Shown: one piece after another, positions 40,840 through 50,637 of the stretch
Layout: the number at the start of each line of letters is the position of its first letter
Position numbering within the stretch: position 1 is the first letter of the stretch
Assembly (NCBI GenBank): GCA_964371245.1
Contig: CAYJKP010000001.1
Coordinates: 571,042 to 635,041 of the forward strand
Length of the DNA stretch: 64,000 nucleotides
Direction: 5' to 3'
DNA from: an uncultured Gammaproteobacteria bacterium
GTDB taxonomy: Bacteria > Patescibacteriota > Patescibacteriia > JAHIZJ01
Notes under the pieces: model-generated
Told to the model about the DNA's origin: nothing
What the model saw: the letters and a program-made list of their open reading frames with translations, nothing else
The model's database searches: none
Program-made: the position numbers and the translations under genes

Positions 40840-41343
40840 ATTAACACACCAAAAGTCCGCATCAATCATTTTATCAGAGTACCGCAGGTGCGTGTGATTG
40901 ATGAAAATCAATCGCAGCTCGGCGTCATGAACACTTCGGACGCCTTGCGTCTGGCCAACGAAAGAGGGCTCGATCTAATCGAGGTAGCGCCCAATGCCAA
41001 CCCGCCGGTCTGCAAAATCCTGGATTACAACGCGTATAAGTACCGCCAAGACAAAGCGGAGCGCAAGTCAAAAGCGAAACAGAAAAAGATCGAATTGAAA
41101 GGCATCCGCCTCTCGCTCAAAATCGGCCAGCACGACTTCGACCATCGGGTCGAACTGGCGAGGAAATTTCTCGAAGAGGGAGACAAAGTCAAGCTCGAAA
41201 TGATTCTTCGCGGCCGCGAGATGCAGCATAAAGAGCGAGCCAACAAGATTATGCAGGATTTCATTCACTTAGTCGACGGCGCAAAAATTGAGCAGCCCCT
41301 CTCCCGCCAAGGAAACCGTTTTAGTCTCATTATTGGAAAATAA
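40840..41343 (+). CDS. infC: Translation initiation factor IF-3 (probable ATT start)
   Basis: RINHFIRVPQVRVID lies in frame upstream of GTG 40888; in-frame ATT at 40840; DLIEVAPNANPPVCK. Confidence 0.95.
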   Translation: MNTPKVRINHFIRVPQVRVIDENQSQLGVMNTSDALRLANERGLDLIEVAPNANPPVCKILDYNAYKYRQDKAERKSKAKQKKIELKGIRLSLKIGQHDFDHRVELARKFLEEGDKVKLEMILRGREMQHKERANKIMQDFIHLVDGAKIEQPLSRQGNRFSLIIGK

Positions 41344-41351
41344 CCAGTCAT

Positions 41352-41549
41352 ATGCCAAAACTGAAAACCCATAAAGGAACGCGTAAGCGCTTCACGATAA
41401 CTGGAAAAAAGAAGATCTTCCAGCGCGTCGCTGGCCAGGATCATTTTAATTCCCGCGAAAGCGGAACCACGACCCGCCGAAAACGTCGCGACCATCAGAT
41501 CGCCGACGTCAATCTCGATGCGGCTAAGAAACTAATGCCCTATCAGTAA
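41352..41549 (+). CDS. rpmI: 50S ribosomal protein L35
   Basis: MPKLKTHKGTRKRF. Confidence 0.96.
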   Translation: MPKLKTHKGTRKRFTITGKKKIFQRVAGQDHFNSRESGTTTRRKRRDHQIADVNLDAAKKLMPYQ

Positions 41550-41555
41550 AACCGT

Positions 41556-41897
41556 ATGAGAATCAAACGAGGACCACAGCACGTCAAACGAAGAAGAAAT
41601 CTTCTCAAACTCACCAAAGGCTACCGGTGGGGACGAAAAAGCAAGATTCGGCTCGCTAAAGTTGCCGTACTTAAAGCCGGCGTTCATGCCTATCGGGATC
41701 GACGCAAGAAAAAACGCAACTTTCGCCAGCTCTGGCAGTTGCGAATTAATGCCGCCGTTCGTCCGCACGGCATGAGTTATTCAAAGTTCATCGACGGCTT
41801 AAAGAAGAATAAGATTGAGCTTGATCGGAAGATACTGGCTACCCTGGCGATGGAACATCCGAAGGTATTCGAGGCGATCGTCAACGAAGTAAAATAG
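41556..41897 (+). CDS. rplT: 50S ribosomal protein L20
   Basis: [36 protein letters not shown]. Confidence 0.97.
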   Translation: MRIKRGPQHVKRRRNLLKLTKGYRWGRKSKIRLAKVAVLKAGVHAYRDRRKKKRNFRQLWQLRINAAVRPHGMSYSKFIDGLKKNKIELDRKILATLAMEHPKVFEAIVNEVK

Positions 41898-42040
41898 CCA
41901 ATAATAAAAACTGCCCGTGCAACCGGGTGGTTTTTTTCCTATCTTGACACCGGTACGAGCGTACCGTATGATGGCGTTTGTTGCAATAGCCTTCAGACGG
42001 AGGGGTACCTCGATGATCCGCAAAAAGGAGGGCGGTCACG

Positions 42041-42652
42041 ATGTTCTGTCTTTGGGGCTGTATGGTGTTCGCATCACTCTTCTTCTCGATCCAGGGGCTG
42101 CCGAGCCAGCCCTACACGATTCGAGAAGGCGACACGCTCTGGGCGCTCTTTCAAGACCTCGAAAAGGCCGACTTCGTGGCGCGTCTCAACGGCCTGGAAC
42201 CTTCCCAGCTCCAGCCAAAACGGGTCATTGAGATACCAACGGATTGGTCGCTCTGCCGTTCCTACGCCCCCCTGCCGAAGGTTCTACCGGAACAAACCAA
42301 GGTTCCGCAGTTGACGCTCGTCGATCTGAAAACGCAGTTCCTCGGCACCTATGAACACGGCCGGCTGACCTGGTGGTGCCGCATCTCCCCGGGCACGGAT
42401 GAAAAGCCGACGACGACCGGCACCTGCCATGTTGAGTGGAAAGATATCGACCATGTGTCGAACCTTTACCTTGACGACGAGGGCAACGGCCTGCCGATGC
42501 ATTACGGGGTGAATATCGGCGGAGAATTCTGGATCCATGAGGGCTACTTGCCAGGCTACCCTGCCTCACACGGCTGCATCCGGCTGCGCCACACTGACGC
42601 AAAGTACTATTACGCCTGGGTTCGTGTCGGCGCAACGGTGATTGTGCAGTAA
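42041..42652 (+). CDS. L,D-transpeptidase with LysM-like domain
   Basis: YTIREGDTLW; IHEG...ASHGCIRL. Confidence 0.9.
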   Translation: MFCLWGCMVFASLFFSIQGLPSQPYTIREGDTLWALFQDLEKADFVARLNGLEPSQLQPKRVIEIPTDWSLCRSYAPLPKVLPEQTKVPQLTLVDLKTQFLGTYEHGRLTWWCRISPGTDEKPTTTGTCHVEWKDIDHVSNLYLDDEGNGLPMHYGVNIGGEFWIHEGYLPGYPASHGCIRLRHTDAKYYYAWVRVGATVIVQ

Positions 42653-42705
42653 GCTCTTTCCGGCGCTGGATTGTCTCCGGCGCTTTTTCTTTGGGACAAA
42701 AAAGA

Positions 42706-42821
42706 AATTCAAAATTAACAATTACTAATGAAGAAAGCCCCGCCTTGCGGGGCGTCAATCATTTTGCATTTTTCTCCCTTCGGGAGATCTCCCGTAGGGA
42801 GAGAATTATTAATTTTGCATT
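42706..42821. repeat. MITE-like dispersed repeat, copy 2
   Basis: 18-bp imperfect terminal inverted repeat (16/18) and the shared 41-nt block. Confidence 0.8.
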
Positions 42822-42842
42822 ACAGTCTGCACTGTCTAATGC

Positions 42843-44045
42843 CTAGCGGTTAAAAATCGCGTCGAGCATCTTCACCCGAGTGATAATGAAGGCGGGGATC
42901 AACCCGGACAGGATCGCGACCCAAATAATCAACTCGGTCCGGAATATGAGATCGACTGAGCTGACGGCCAGGGTCGCATCGCCGATCGGAAGTTGGAACG
43001 GGTGAGCGTTAAAATACGGAATGAGAAAACCAAAGAGAATGCCCAATCCTAAGAGTACGCCGAAAACCGAATAGACGGCCGTTTGAATCACATACGTGGA
43101 GCGGATGAGATATGACTTTATCCCGATTGCCCTGAGCACGCCGATTTGCTGTCGTTTCGAGGAAATATCAATATAAATAACGATAAATATCGTCACCGCC
43201 GCAATGAGAATACCAACAGAAGTCAGCAGCGCATTAATGAGCAAGAAGCTGTCGGTGACCGTTGCCATCAGACCAGCCACGTCTTTCCAGGTATAAAAGG
43301 TACCCGTAACGCCATTCTTCTGCAATCGATCAACGACGAGCTGCTCTTCACCCTTCGTGGTAATCCGAATGACAATATTCGTGGCCATGTCATCATACGT
43401 GGGCGCGAGTTCATTTAACGCCCGCCGGGTAATAAAGGCGCGCTGATCGGTATCAATAAATTTTGTGTAAAATATTCCCTTGATCGTAAACTCTTTGGTC
43501 TGGCCGTTCAAGGAAAGCGTCACCCGTTCGCCAACCGTCGCTCCCTTGAATGAGAAGGCGTTCATTTCAACCCCTTCGCCACCGGCGATTTGCCGGCCGA
43601 TGATTATCTGGTCGGTGTCAGTTGGATCAAGATAGCTACCCGCGGTCATTTTCACTGCTACGTTCGTCACTTCTTTTTCAGCCGCCGGATCAATGGCAAT
43701 AACCGACCAATTGCCGCTTCGATTTTTATACGTTAAGCTGGCCGGCAGAAATACTTGCGCGCTCGCCGCCTCAATGCCTGGGGTCGCGATAATGCGTGAT
43801 ATTTCTTCGGTGGCGCGCGGAATAAACTTTTCACCCTCGACTGGTGAGATCGACACGTGCCCGGTGTAGGTGTCGATAATCTGGCTATTCGCGCTTTCAA
43901 CGATGCCGCTGAACAGCGACGTAATAAAAACAAGATTAATGAAGGCGATTGCCATTAAAAATATTATCAAGAGAAACGTCCATTTATTTCCGCGCTTCAA
44001 AAATCGCCAGATGAGGAAAAACGGAATTTTTGTTTCCTGAATCAT
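42843..44045 (-). CDS. ABC transporter permease (FtsX/LolE-like)
   Basis: TM1, large extracytoplasmic domain, QIGVLRAIG, three C-terminal TMs. Confidence 0.9.
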   Translation of the reverse strand: MIQETKIPFFLIWRFLKRGNKWTFLLIIFLMAIAFINLVFITSLFSGIVESANSQIIDTYTGHVSISPVEGEKFIPRATEEISRIIATPGIEAASAQVFLPASLTYKNRSGNWSVIAIDPAAEKEVTNVAVKMTAGSYLDPTDTDQIIIGRQIAGGEGVEMNAFSFKGATVGERVTLSLNGQTKEFTIKGIFYTKFIDTDQRAFITRRALNELAPTYDDMATNIVIRITTKGEEQLVVDRLQKNGVTGTFYTWKDVAGLMATVTDSFLLINALLTSVGILIAAVTIFIVIYIDISSKRQQIGVLRAIGIKSYLIRSTYVIQTAVYSVFGVLLGLGILFGFLIPYFNAHPFQLPIGDATLAVSSVDLIFRTELIIWVAILSGLIPAFIITRVKMLDAIFNR

Positions 44046-44719
44046 ATAATTGCTCCGTCGTGTAAGGTGATTGTGCGATTTGCATAGACGGTTTCTTCCT
44101 GCTCATGGGTGACCATCACGATCGTATGACCGTCCTTTTGATTAAGCGTCTGGAAAATTGTCATCACGTCCTTGGCGGCAATTGAATCCAAATTTGCCGT
44201 CGGTTCATCGGCGATAATAAGCTGGGGATCGTTAACCAGCGCCCGGGCAATCGCGACCTTCTGCTGTTCGCCGCCAGAAAGTCTTTTCGTCAGATGATTG
44301 AGGCGATGGCTTAAGCCAACTTTTTCCATAAGATCAACCGCACGCTTTTTCGCTTCCATTGGCGAAATCAGCATCATGGCCGGCAGCATGATGTTTTCCA
44401 GCGCCGTCAGTTCCGCGATCAACGCGTAATTCTGAAAAATATAGCCGATTTTTTTCAGGCGGAGTTCGCGCCGGTGCTTATCAGAAAGTTTTATGACTTC
44501 GGTACCGTCGAAATCAATCTCCCCTTTTTCTGGACGGTCCAATAAACCAAGTTGATACAGGAGCGTGGATTTACCCGAACCGTTTCTCCCGGTGACAACT
44601 AAAAAATCACCTTGGCGTATTTCTAAACTCACGTCCCTGAGCGCTCGTACCCGAATCTCGCCAAGATGATAGGTCTTTGAAATGTTTTTTACGGTGATAA
44701 CGTTGTTGTGGCCAGCCAT
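44042..44719 (-). CDS. ABC transporter ATP-binding protein (LolD/MacB-like)
   Basis: GRNGSGKST, LSGGEQQ, ADEPTANLD. Confidence 0.95.
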   Translation of the reverse strand: MAGHNNVITVKNISKTYHLGEIRVRALRDVSLEIRQGDFLVVTGRNGSGKSTLLYQLGLLDRPEKGEIDFDGTEVIKLSDKHRRELRLKKIGYIFQNYALIAELTALENIMLPAMMLISPMEAKKRAVDLMEKVGLSHRLNHLTKRLSGGEQQKVAIARALVNDPQLIIADEPTANLDSIAAKDVMTIFQTLNQKDGHTIVMVTHEQEETVYANRTITLHDGAII

Positions 44720-44824
44720 ACATGTATTTACTCAACAAGAGGCTTCTAGTATATCAAAAAATCGGCCGGTAATCAAATTCGCCGCGGTTTGACAGCCGGA
44801 CCGCATCTTACTATGATACATTCG

Positions 44825-45619
44825 ATGGACGTCATCGCCACACCACTCTCAAAAATTCTTTTGTCTACGCTCGTCGTCAGTCTCATTGGTTTAACCGGCG
44901 GCGTTTTATTGCTCTTGAAAGAGGATCTTACCCGGCGCTGGTCGAGCCTGCTGATCAGTTTTTCCGCCGGCGCAATTCTGAGCGCGACATTTTTTGATTT
45001 GTTTCCGGGCGCGTTAGAACACCCGAACGCCAACATAAATACGATTCTGACGGCCGCGCTTCTGGGTATTATCGTTTTCTTTGCACTTGAACGTCTGTTA
45101 ATCTGGCACCATCACGCCCACGAGGATGAGTCGCACCGGCACACGAATATCTTTAATTCGCCGCTGTCGCATGTCCGCCCCCTAATCATCATTGGCGACA
45201 CACTCCACAATATGCTCGACGGAGCGATCATCGCGATCGCTTTCATTACCGATACTCGCCTCGGTATTATCACTTCGCTCGCCGTCCTGGCTCACGAAAT
45301 ACCCCAAGAAATCGGCGACTTCAGTATTTTGCTAAGCAGCGGCCTGTCACGAAAGCGCGTCCTTTTCTGGAACGCGTTCAGCGCCCTGGCCGCGCTCGTT
45401 GGCGCGATCGGTTTGTACCTCGCCCGGCAACAGTTTGAATATATCGAACTGCCGATTCTCGGCTTTGTTATCGGCAACTTTATCTATATCGCCCTGGCCG
45501 ATCTCCTGCCGACCATTCAGCATGAACGCAAAGTACGCTCGCCGATATTTCACATTTCACTGATTGTCATCGGTGCCTGGATAATTTGGTTTATTGGGAA
45601 GATAATTCCCGAAGGATAG
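44825..45619 (+). CDS. ZIP family metal transporter
   Basis: His-rich loop, GDTLHN, HEIPQEIGDF; probably leaderless (TATGAT 7 nt before ATG). Confidence 0.93.
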   Translation: MDVIATPLSKILLSTLVVSLIGLTGGVLLLLKEDLTRRWSSLLISFSAGAILSATFFDLFPGALEHPNANINTILTAALLGIIVFFALERLLIWHHHAHEDESHRHTNIFNSPLSHVRPLIIIGDTLHNMLDGAIIAIAFITDTRLGIITSLAVLAHEIPQEIGDFSILLSSGLSRKRVLFWNAFSALAALVGAIGLYLARQQFEYIELPILGFVIGNFIYIALADLLPTIQHERKVRSPIFHISLIVIGAWIIWFIGKIIPEG

Positions 45620-45648
45620 GTAACAAAAATAGTTCGGATTGAACCCGG

Positions 45649-47190
45649 CTATTTTTTTATTGATTCGGAAACGTCGATAAATTCCCAGGGCCGGTTCCAG
45701 GTATTAAAATAATTCCGGTCAGGCAAGCGTTCGAGGCTTTGACCGAAAACCGTATTGAAGAGAAGCCGAAAGGTGTTTACCGGAGTAATCGTCGAATACA
45801 ATTCGCTCTTCATCGCCGCCGGCACGTAAAACGCATTCAGAATCGATAAGCGTTCTTTCATGTTCGTTTGGTCGGGCCGTTCCCAATCAAGCTGTGAGCC
45901 CGGACCGTGATCTGATTGAATGATGATTATCGGCGGCTGGGGTGACTGCGCGAGCAGCCGTTTCACCGTCGCCATAACCTTTTCACTGACATAGGCGAGC
46001 TGGTCGCGATACTGCTGTCGATAGAGCGCTTTATCCGGGTAGTATTTGAAATAATGGCTGCCATCATAGGCAAATAGCCCGCCCTTCATGATCGGCACCC
46101 CGCCGTTCGCATCAAAAACAAAGGGTGGGTGCGGCGACATAATATGCACATAGGTAAACGTCGGAGCGGGATTTGAAGCGAGATCAGGCAGATGATCCAG
46201 CGCAAAAAGCACCTCGCGACGATGCTGATTTGTTCGTATCGTTCGGTCAAATATTCGACTGAGCGGTGTCGTGGCAATGAGCATGTTTTCAAATTCGCTG
46301 ACCGTGGCTGCCTCGTGGAGTCTCAGATCGGCTGGCAAATGTTGGCTCAGGCCGACCCAGCCGGATGGGAAGGAAACAAATTGATAGCCCAAACCTTTTA
46401 AAAATGAGTGCGTGGTGCTGTTTTCGATCATGGTCCGGAGCGCGCCGCGATCGTCCGCCGCTGCGCCAGGCGTCGACATCGTTGAATCGATGTACTCGGA
46501 ATTCAGAGACGACGCGATCGAAAAAAACGTCTGGGGATAGTTCGCCGTGCTCTGGTCAGCGATGTAAAACCCGGCTTGCTGCAAAAAAGAGATTAACTCG
46601 CTATTGTCAGACTGGTATATTTCCTTCAGGACGTCGGTGCGAGCATACCCATCAAGGACAAGGTAATAAATATCGGGTTTTTCTTTTTGCTCAGCGATAA
46701 CCGATGACATTTCATTTGCCGGCGTTTCTGTTTTTTGCCCGGCCGTCTGGATAGCATACCGCGTCACCGTAAACAATGGAAAACAGACGAGCAATATCCC
46801 GACGGTCGTCAGATATGTTGTGACAATCTGCAAGGTTCGACGAGTTGTAACAATTAATGCCGTCAGGGCGACAATGATTATCAGCGCTACGATTAAAAAA
46901 GGATAATAGAGATCGAGGGCAAGGCCGTTGCGCTGAACCGAAGGCATGAGCTGAAACACATGACCGAACGAATAAAACCCAACCGTCCAAAGCGAGGCGA
47001 TAATTGCGGCTTTTACGTTTGATTTTACTATTACCCAAACCAGGGCAAAAAAAATAGCCTCACCTAGGCACGCCGCCACAATCGGGCGGACGAGATAGGC
47101 CGGGGTAACTAAATCGATATTATGGCTGTAGAGCAGCAGAATTGGGGCAATGGCAAACAGTAACGGATGAGCCAAACGAAGATATTTCAT
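45649..47190 (-). CDS. Membrane-anchored sulfatase/alkaline-phosphatase-superfamily protein (NoeB-like)
   Basis: 5 TMs, PDIYYLVLDGY, SPHPPF, QSDHG. Confidence 0.85.
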   Translation of the reverse strand: MKYLRLAHPLLFAIAPILLLYSHNIDLVTPAYLVRPIVAACLGEAIFFALVWVIVKSNVKAAIIASLWTVGFYSFGHVFQLMPSVQRNGLALDLYYPFLIVALIIIVALTALIVTTRRTLQIVTTYLTTVGILLVCFPLFTVTRYAIQTAGQKTETPANEMSSVIAEQKEKPDIYYLVLDGYARTDVLKEIYQSDNSELISFLQQAGFYIADQSTANYPQTFFSIASSLNSEYIDSTMSTPGAAADDRGALRTMIENSTTHSFLKGLGYQFVSFPSGWVGLSQHLPADLRLHEAATVSEFENMLIATTPLSRIFDRTIRTNQHRREVLFALDHLPDLASNPAPTFTYVHIMSPHPPFVFDANGGVPIMKGGLFAYDGSHYFKYYPDKALYRQQYRDQLAYVSEKVMATVKRLLAQSPQPPIIIIQSDHGPGSQLDWERPDQTNMKERLSILNAFYVPAAMKSELYSTITPVNTFRLLFNTVFGQSLERLPDRNYFNTWNRPWEFIDVSESIKK

Positions 47191-48575
47191 CGCTTTTTCA
47201 TTAGATACAACACGCGTTCGGAATCATCGATATTCCGCCGTTGCTCGATTTTGTAATATTTCGAAAACGCCCGTTCAAATTCATTTTGCGTGTAGTCTTG
47301 AAATATATCTTCCCGCGCTGCTAACAAGCGCTGGGCGTTCGAGTCGGATTTCGGAATGAATTCGGCAATCAGCCAAGCGCCGCAATCAGAAAAATAGCGG
47401 GCGATAAAATCAAGCGGCAGATTGTGACCGATCGCTAAATGGTGGATTAATGCTAACGCCATAACAAGACTGACCGGACCGCGCTGGGCAAGGGACAAAC
47501 GCTCGTTGTTATGCCACCCGAGCGGCGCCGTTGGGTTAACCAGGTCAAGGTAGAGCGGCAGGAGATTTTTTTCTTTGTGTTCGACAACGGTGCGATAATT
47601 TTTCTCGACCGCCACGTAGTCACTGTCGAACGCCACGGTGAACGCGTCCGTCTGACTGGCCAAACGGCTGTAGGTGCCGTCATTCGCACCAAAATCCCAA
47701 ACGGTCGCCGGTCGCACGTGTTCAATAAATGCGGCGATGATTGTTTGCTTGCTTTGTTTCGCTCTGGCTGAATAATTTGTCTGATAATCGCCCCAGACTG
47801 TTTTCGGCGGTTGCCAGCGGAGCGACCGGATACCAACCTCAAGATTCTCGATAAGCGCCAACAGACCGCGCAGCGAGAGGCTGCCCGATTTAGTTTTTAC
47901 CGTTTTTGCTTGATACCGTTTTTGACTCGAGGCATGCGCGTGGATATGGGTCAATAGCGGTAATTTGAAACGGGACGTAACCGGCAGAAGCCGCTGGACG
48001 AAATCAAGCGGCAGTCCGTCGAGAAAAACGCGAAGCAGCTGGCCGAGGCGCACGTCTCGATATGCCATCACGCTTAATGGGCCGAAAAAATGTTCGCAAA
48101 ATTGCCGATAGGCAATCCACGGTTGTCCCGGCTGGTAGATCTCAAACGACAGACTGTCGATGCAAATTGGTCGGCCGTCTTTAAATTGAATATTGTAGAC
48201 ACTGCTATCTTTTAGGATTAGGCCATACTGAAGCGCCTGCTTCATGAGTGCCAGCGTCGTGAAGGCAGCGGCTTGGAGTTCACCAAAGCACCATTCGTAA
48301 GGGTAGGATATGAACGGAATAATTTCGGGTTGAATGACCAAGTAGCCGTCATCCGTTTGTGTGGGCTGACTTGTCTCATGATGCGAGATCAACAAACCAG
48401 CCTGGGTCAAGGAGTCATATAAGCCTGATTTCATCAACCGTTCGTAATGCTCGCGGTAGCGCTGATTGATCTGCCGGTAAAGCACGCCGTCCGAATAAAA
48501 AACAAACCCGCTCGGATCGCGATATGAGCTGCCGACACGCTTAATCTGAACAGTTTTATTGTCGCGGTTGATCAT
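47187..48575 (-). CDS. NoeA-like kinase-fold plus class I SAM methyltransferase fusion
   Basis: SYRDPSG, SYPYEW, LKDSSVYNIQF, WDFGANDG, LALIHH. Confidence 0.88.
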   Translation of the reverse strand: MINRDNKTVQIKRVGSSYRDPSGFVFYSDGVLYRQINQRYREHYERLMKSGLYDSLTQAGLLISHHETSQPTQTDDGYLVIQPEIIPFISYPYEWCFGELQAAAFTTLALMKQALQYGLILKDSSVYNIQFKDGRPICIDSLSFEIYQPGQPWIAYRQFCEHFFGPLSVMAYRDVRLGQLLRVFLDGLPLDFVQRLLPVTSRFKLPLLTHIHAHASSQKRYQAKTVKTKSGSLSLRGLLALIENLEVGIRSLRWQPPKTVWGDYQTNYSARAKQSKQTIIAAFIEHVRPATVWDFGANDGTYSRLASQTDAFTVAFDSDYVAVEKNYRTVVEHKEKNLLPLYLDLVNPTAPLGWHNNERLSLAQRGPVSLVMALALIHHLAIGHNLPLDFIARYFSDCGAWLIAEFIPKSDSNAQRLLAAREDIFQDYTQNEFERAFSKYYKIEQRRNIDDSERVLYLMKKR

Positions 48576-48777
48576 TGTGCTTCCGGCTGAATCTCGCTAC
48601 AAAAAAACGTTTGACTCTCGAAAAGGTTAGACGCAAGGTCACCAAGGCACCCAGAATAGCCCCCAGCACGAGCTGAAAAATAAAACTGCCGCTGCCCGGG
48701 TCAAGATAGGCACGCGCTGGGCTGACCGTGCCGAGAAAAACGATGATCGCACAAAGAAAATAAAACGGTAGGTTCAT
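48556..48777 (-). CDS. Small YLDPGSG-motif membrane protein
   Basis: Signal-like N-terminus, ARA-YLDPGSGS, TM, basic tail. Confidence 0.8.
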   Translation of the reverse strand: MNLPFYFLCAIIVFLGTVSPARAYLDPGSGSFIFQLVLGAILGALVTLRLTFSRVKRFFVARFSRKHNDQPRQ

Positions 48778-48917
48778 AGGAGTATTAAACGAGTACTAAA
48801 AGGATTGTGTTTATTATACCATACAATAGTGAAGTAAAAGAATAATCGGTCTTTTGACATGATTGGAGAGTATGCCGTATACTAAATACGTCAAAATTTA
48901 AGTATTTACAACACAGC

Positions 48918-49394
48918 ATGAAAGTAAAAACAACACTCCTGATCGTTTTCGTTATCGCGCTGCTCGGTGTCGCCTTTTCCGGCTATCTCACCTATTATAA
49001 TTACTGGGGTGGTGGCTGTCAGGAAGCGATCGTCAGCTGCGGTGGTGGTGGTAAAACCGTGGAAATCTTCGGTTTGCCAACCTGCGTGTATGGCCTCTTC
49101 ATGTTTTCGCTCGTTGCCATCCTCAGCTTGATTGGTCTGGCGAAAAATAAGCGCTCATATCTGACCGCCAATCTCATTATTTCATTGATCGGCACGCTTT
49201 TTGCCCTCGGGGTGTCAATCTATGAGATTTGGATAATAAAGATTGCCGTTTCCGGTCTGCCCGCCTGCGCTTATGGGTTTTTCATCTATCTCGCTGCGCT
49301 CATCGCCGCATTCATCGGATATCGCTCGAAGGGGGAACAATTACCGTTGGTTCCACCAGTCACCCCAACCACGCCGACGACAACCAAGCCGTAA
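48918..49394 (+). CDS. Vitamin K epoxide reductase-like (VKOR) membrane protein
   Basis: Loop Cys pair C-x6-C, IFGLPTCVYG, 4 TM; canonical CxxC not intact. Confidence 0.7.
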   Translation: MKVKTTLLIVFVIALLGVAFSGYLTYYNYWGGGCQEAIVSCGGGGKTVEIFGLPTCVYGLFMFSLVAILSLIGLAKNKRSYLTANLIISLIGTLFALGVSIYEIWIIKIAVSGLPACAYGFFIYLAALIAAFIGYRSKGEQLPLVPPVTPTTPTTTKP

Positions 49395-49401
49395 CAAATA
49401 G

Positions 49402-49433
49402 AAAAACTCCGCGGCGTAACCGCGGAGTTTTTT
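49402..49433. terminator. Bidirectional terminator
   Basis: AAAAACTCCGCGG-CGTAA-CCGCGGAGTTTTT. Confidence 0.85.
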
Positions 49434-49458
49434 ATTTCAACAGAATAACGACAGTTAA

Positions 49459-49971
49459 CTAGCTCTCAGTTGTGTAGGTACCGATCACAACGATTGTCTT
49501 GCCTTCGTCGCCCGGGTTAATTCCAACTGAGATGACGCGGTTGTTTTTTTGACCGCCAATGGCCGCACCGTCACTAGTCGCCATCGACAATGTTATTTCC
49601 CAGCCGTCGGCCTTCAATTTTTGATCATACAGCGCCTTAAGATCACTCACCGATTGGGTAGCCTCGATCGAAATCGTATAGCCATTTGTTTCGGTCGAGG
49701 TAATCGCCGCCGTTATCTTGCCGTCCACCACATAGATGTCACTCGGAAAATTTGATGGCAGGCTGACATTGTCGCCGGCTTCCCACGAACCACCGTTGGT
49801 GTTTACATGAACCGTGTTGTTATTGACATCGACGTCGGCTTGACCGTTCGTTGCCGTTTCAATGGCTTTTTCCGCCGCCTTGTCTGACGCCTTTTTTCCG
49901 CAACCGATAATGCCAAGTGACATCACCAACACGATCGGAATAATGAGAAAAATTCTTTTATTTATCACCAT
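49459..49971 (-). CDS. Lipoprotein
   Basis: IIGC lipobox, LPSNFPSDI, LKADGW. Confidence 0.8.
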   Translation of the reverse strand: MVINKRIFLIIPIVLVMSLGIIGCGKKASDKAAEKAIETATNGQADVDVNNNTVHVNTNGGSWEAGDNVSLPSNFPSDIYVVDGKITAAITSTETNGYTISIEATQSVSDLKALYDQKLKADGWEITLSMATSDGAAIGGQKNNRVISVGINPGDEGKTIVVIGTYTTES

Positions 49972-50193
49972 TGGTTTGTTGTTAATTTTTACTATAAAAA
50001 AGCGCACAATAAACGCCGACGAAACTTGAACCCGTTTTTCTTGTCAAAAAACGCTTTGGAAGCACCCATTCAACACTAACAATTATAGCATCCCTGCTCC
50101 ACCGGGTAAATATGGTTGATCATTTTTTCCACCTTCGAAATATAAGGACAATAAAAAGCGATCGTTGGACGATCGCTTAAGAATGTGCCATTG

Positions 50194-50466
50194 TCAGGTC
50201 GGGTGTTGGAACTCACCATTGAGCCGGTAAAACCATTCGCCTGTACCTTGCTCAATGCAGTTGCCGTTTGGTTCTACTCGGATCTGCCGCACGGACAGAC
50301 CCAGCGGAATACTCAGGACAACCGCTGTTTCCTGAGGGACGGATAGTGCGCGATGGTCGCGCAAGTACTGAAGTAGGTCTTCCTGAAGTGCTTCGCGCCA
50401 GTCCTGACGAGCGGCCACGTTGAGCTCCGCCACTAACCGCTGCTCCCTTTGCCGTTCCCAGTCCAT
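50194..50466 (-). CDS. Hypothetical protein under attenuator control
   Basis: GGAGG SD before ATG 50466; terminator at about 50153-50178. Confidence 0.6.
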   Translation of the reverse strand: MDWERQREQRLVAELNVAARQDWREALQEDLLQYLRDHRALSVPQETAVVLSIPLGLSVRQIRVEPNGNCIEQGTGEWFYRLNGEFQHPT

Positions 50467-50495
50467 GGTCCAGCCCTCCCATTGCAAGAAAGAAC

Positions 50496-50522
50496 AAAAA
50501 ATGCCGCCTGGTATTTGGCGGC
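50496..50522 (-). terminator. Attenuator terminator
   Basis: GCCGCC-AAATACCA-GGCGGC-A-TTTTTT. Confidence 0.75.
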
Positions 50523-50547
50523 TTATGCTTTACTTTGTTGTTGCTCG

Positions 50548-50637
50548 CTAGCCGGACCGCCGAATACCAAATCGAATACCAAAGAAAATGTCTTTCTTGA
50601 TAACGATTTGGTTCGATTGTCGGCTAGATGGTTTCAT
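50548..50637 (-). CDS. Putative leader peptide MKPSSRQSNQIVIKKDIFFGIRFGIRRSG
   Basis: Lies after promoter TTGACA-17-TAATCT; 3' end carries the antiterminator strand. Confidence 0.65.
   Translation of the reverse strand: MKPSSRQSNQIVIKKDIFFGIRFGIRRSG

Noticed and set aside
40819-40890. infC lacking an ATG start as a novelty or truncation
   Set aside because: Non-AUG (ATT) initiation of infC is established autoregulation.
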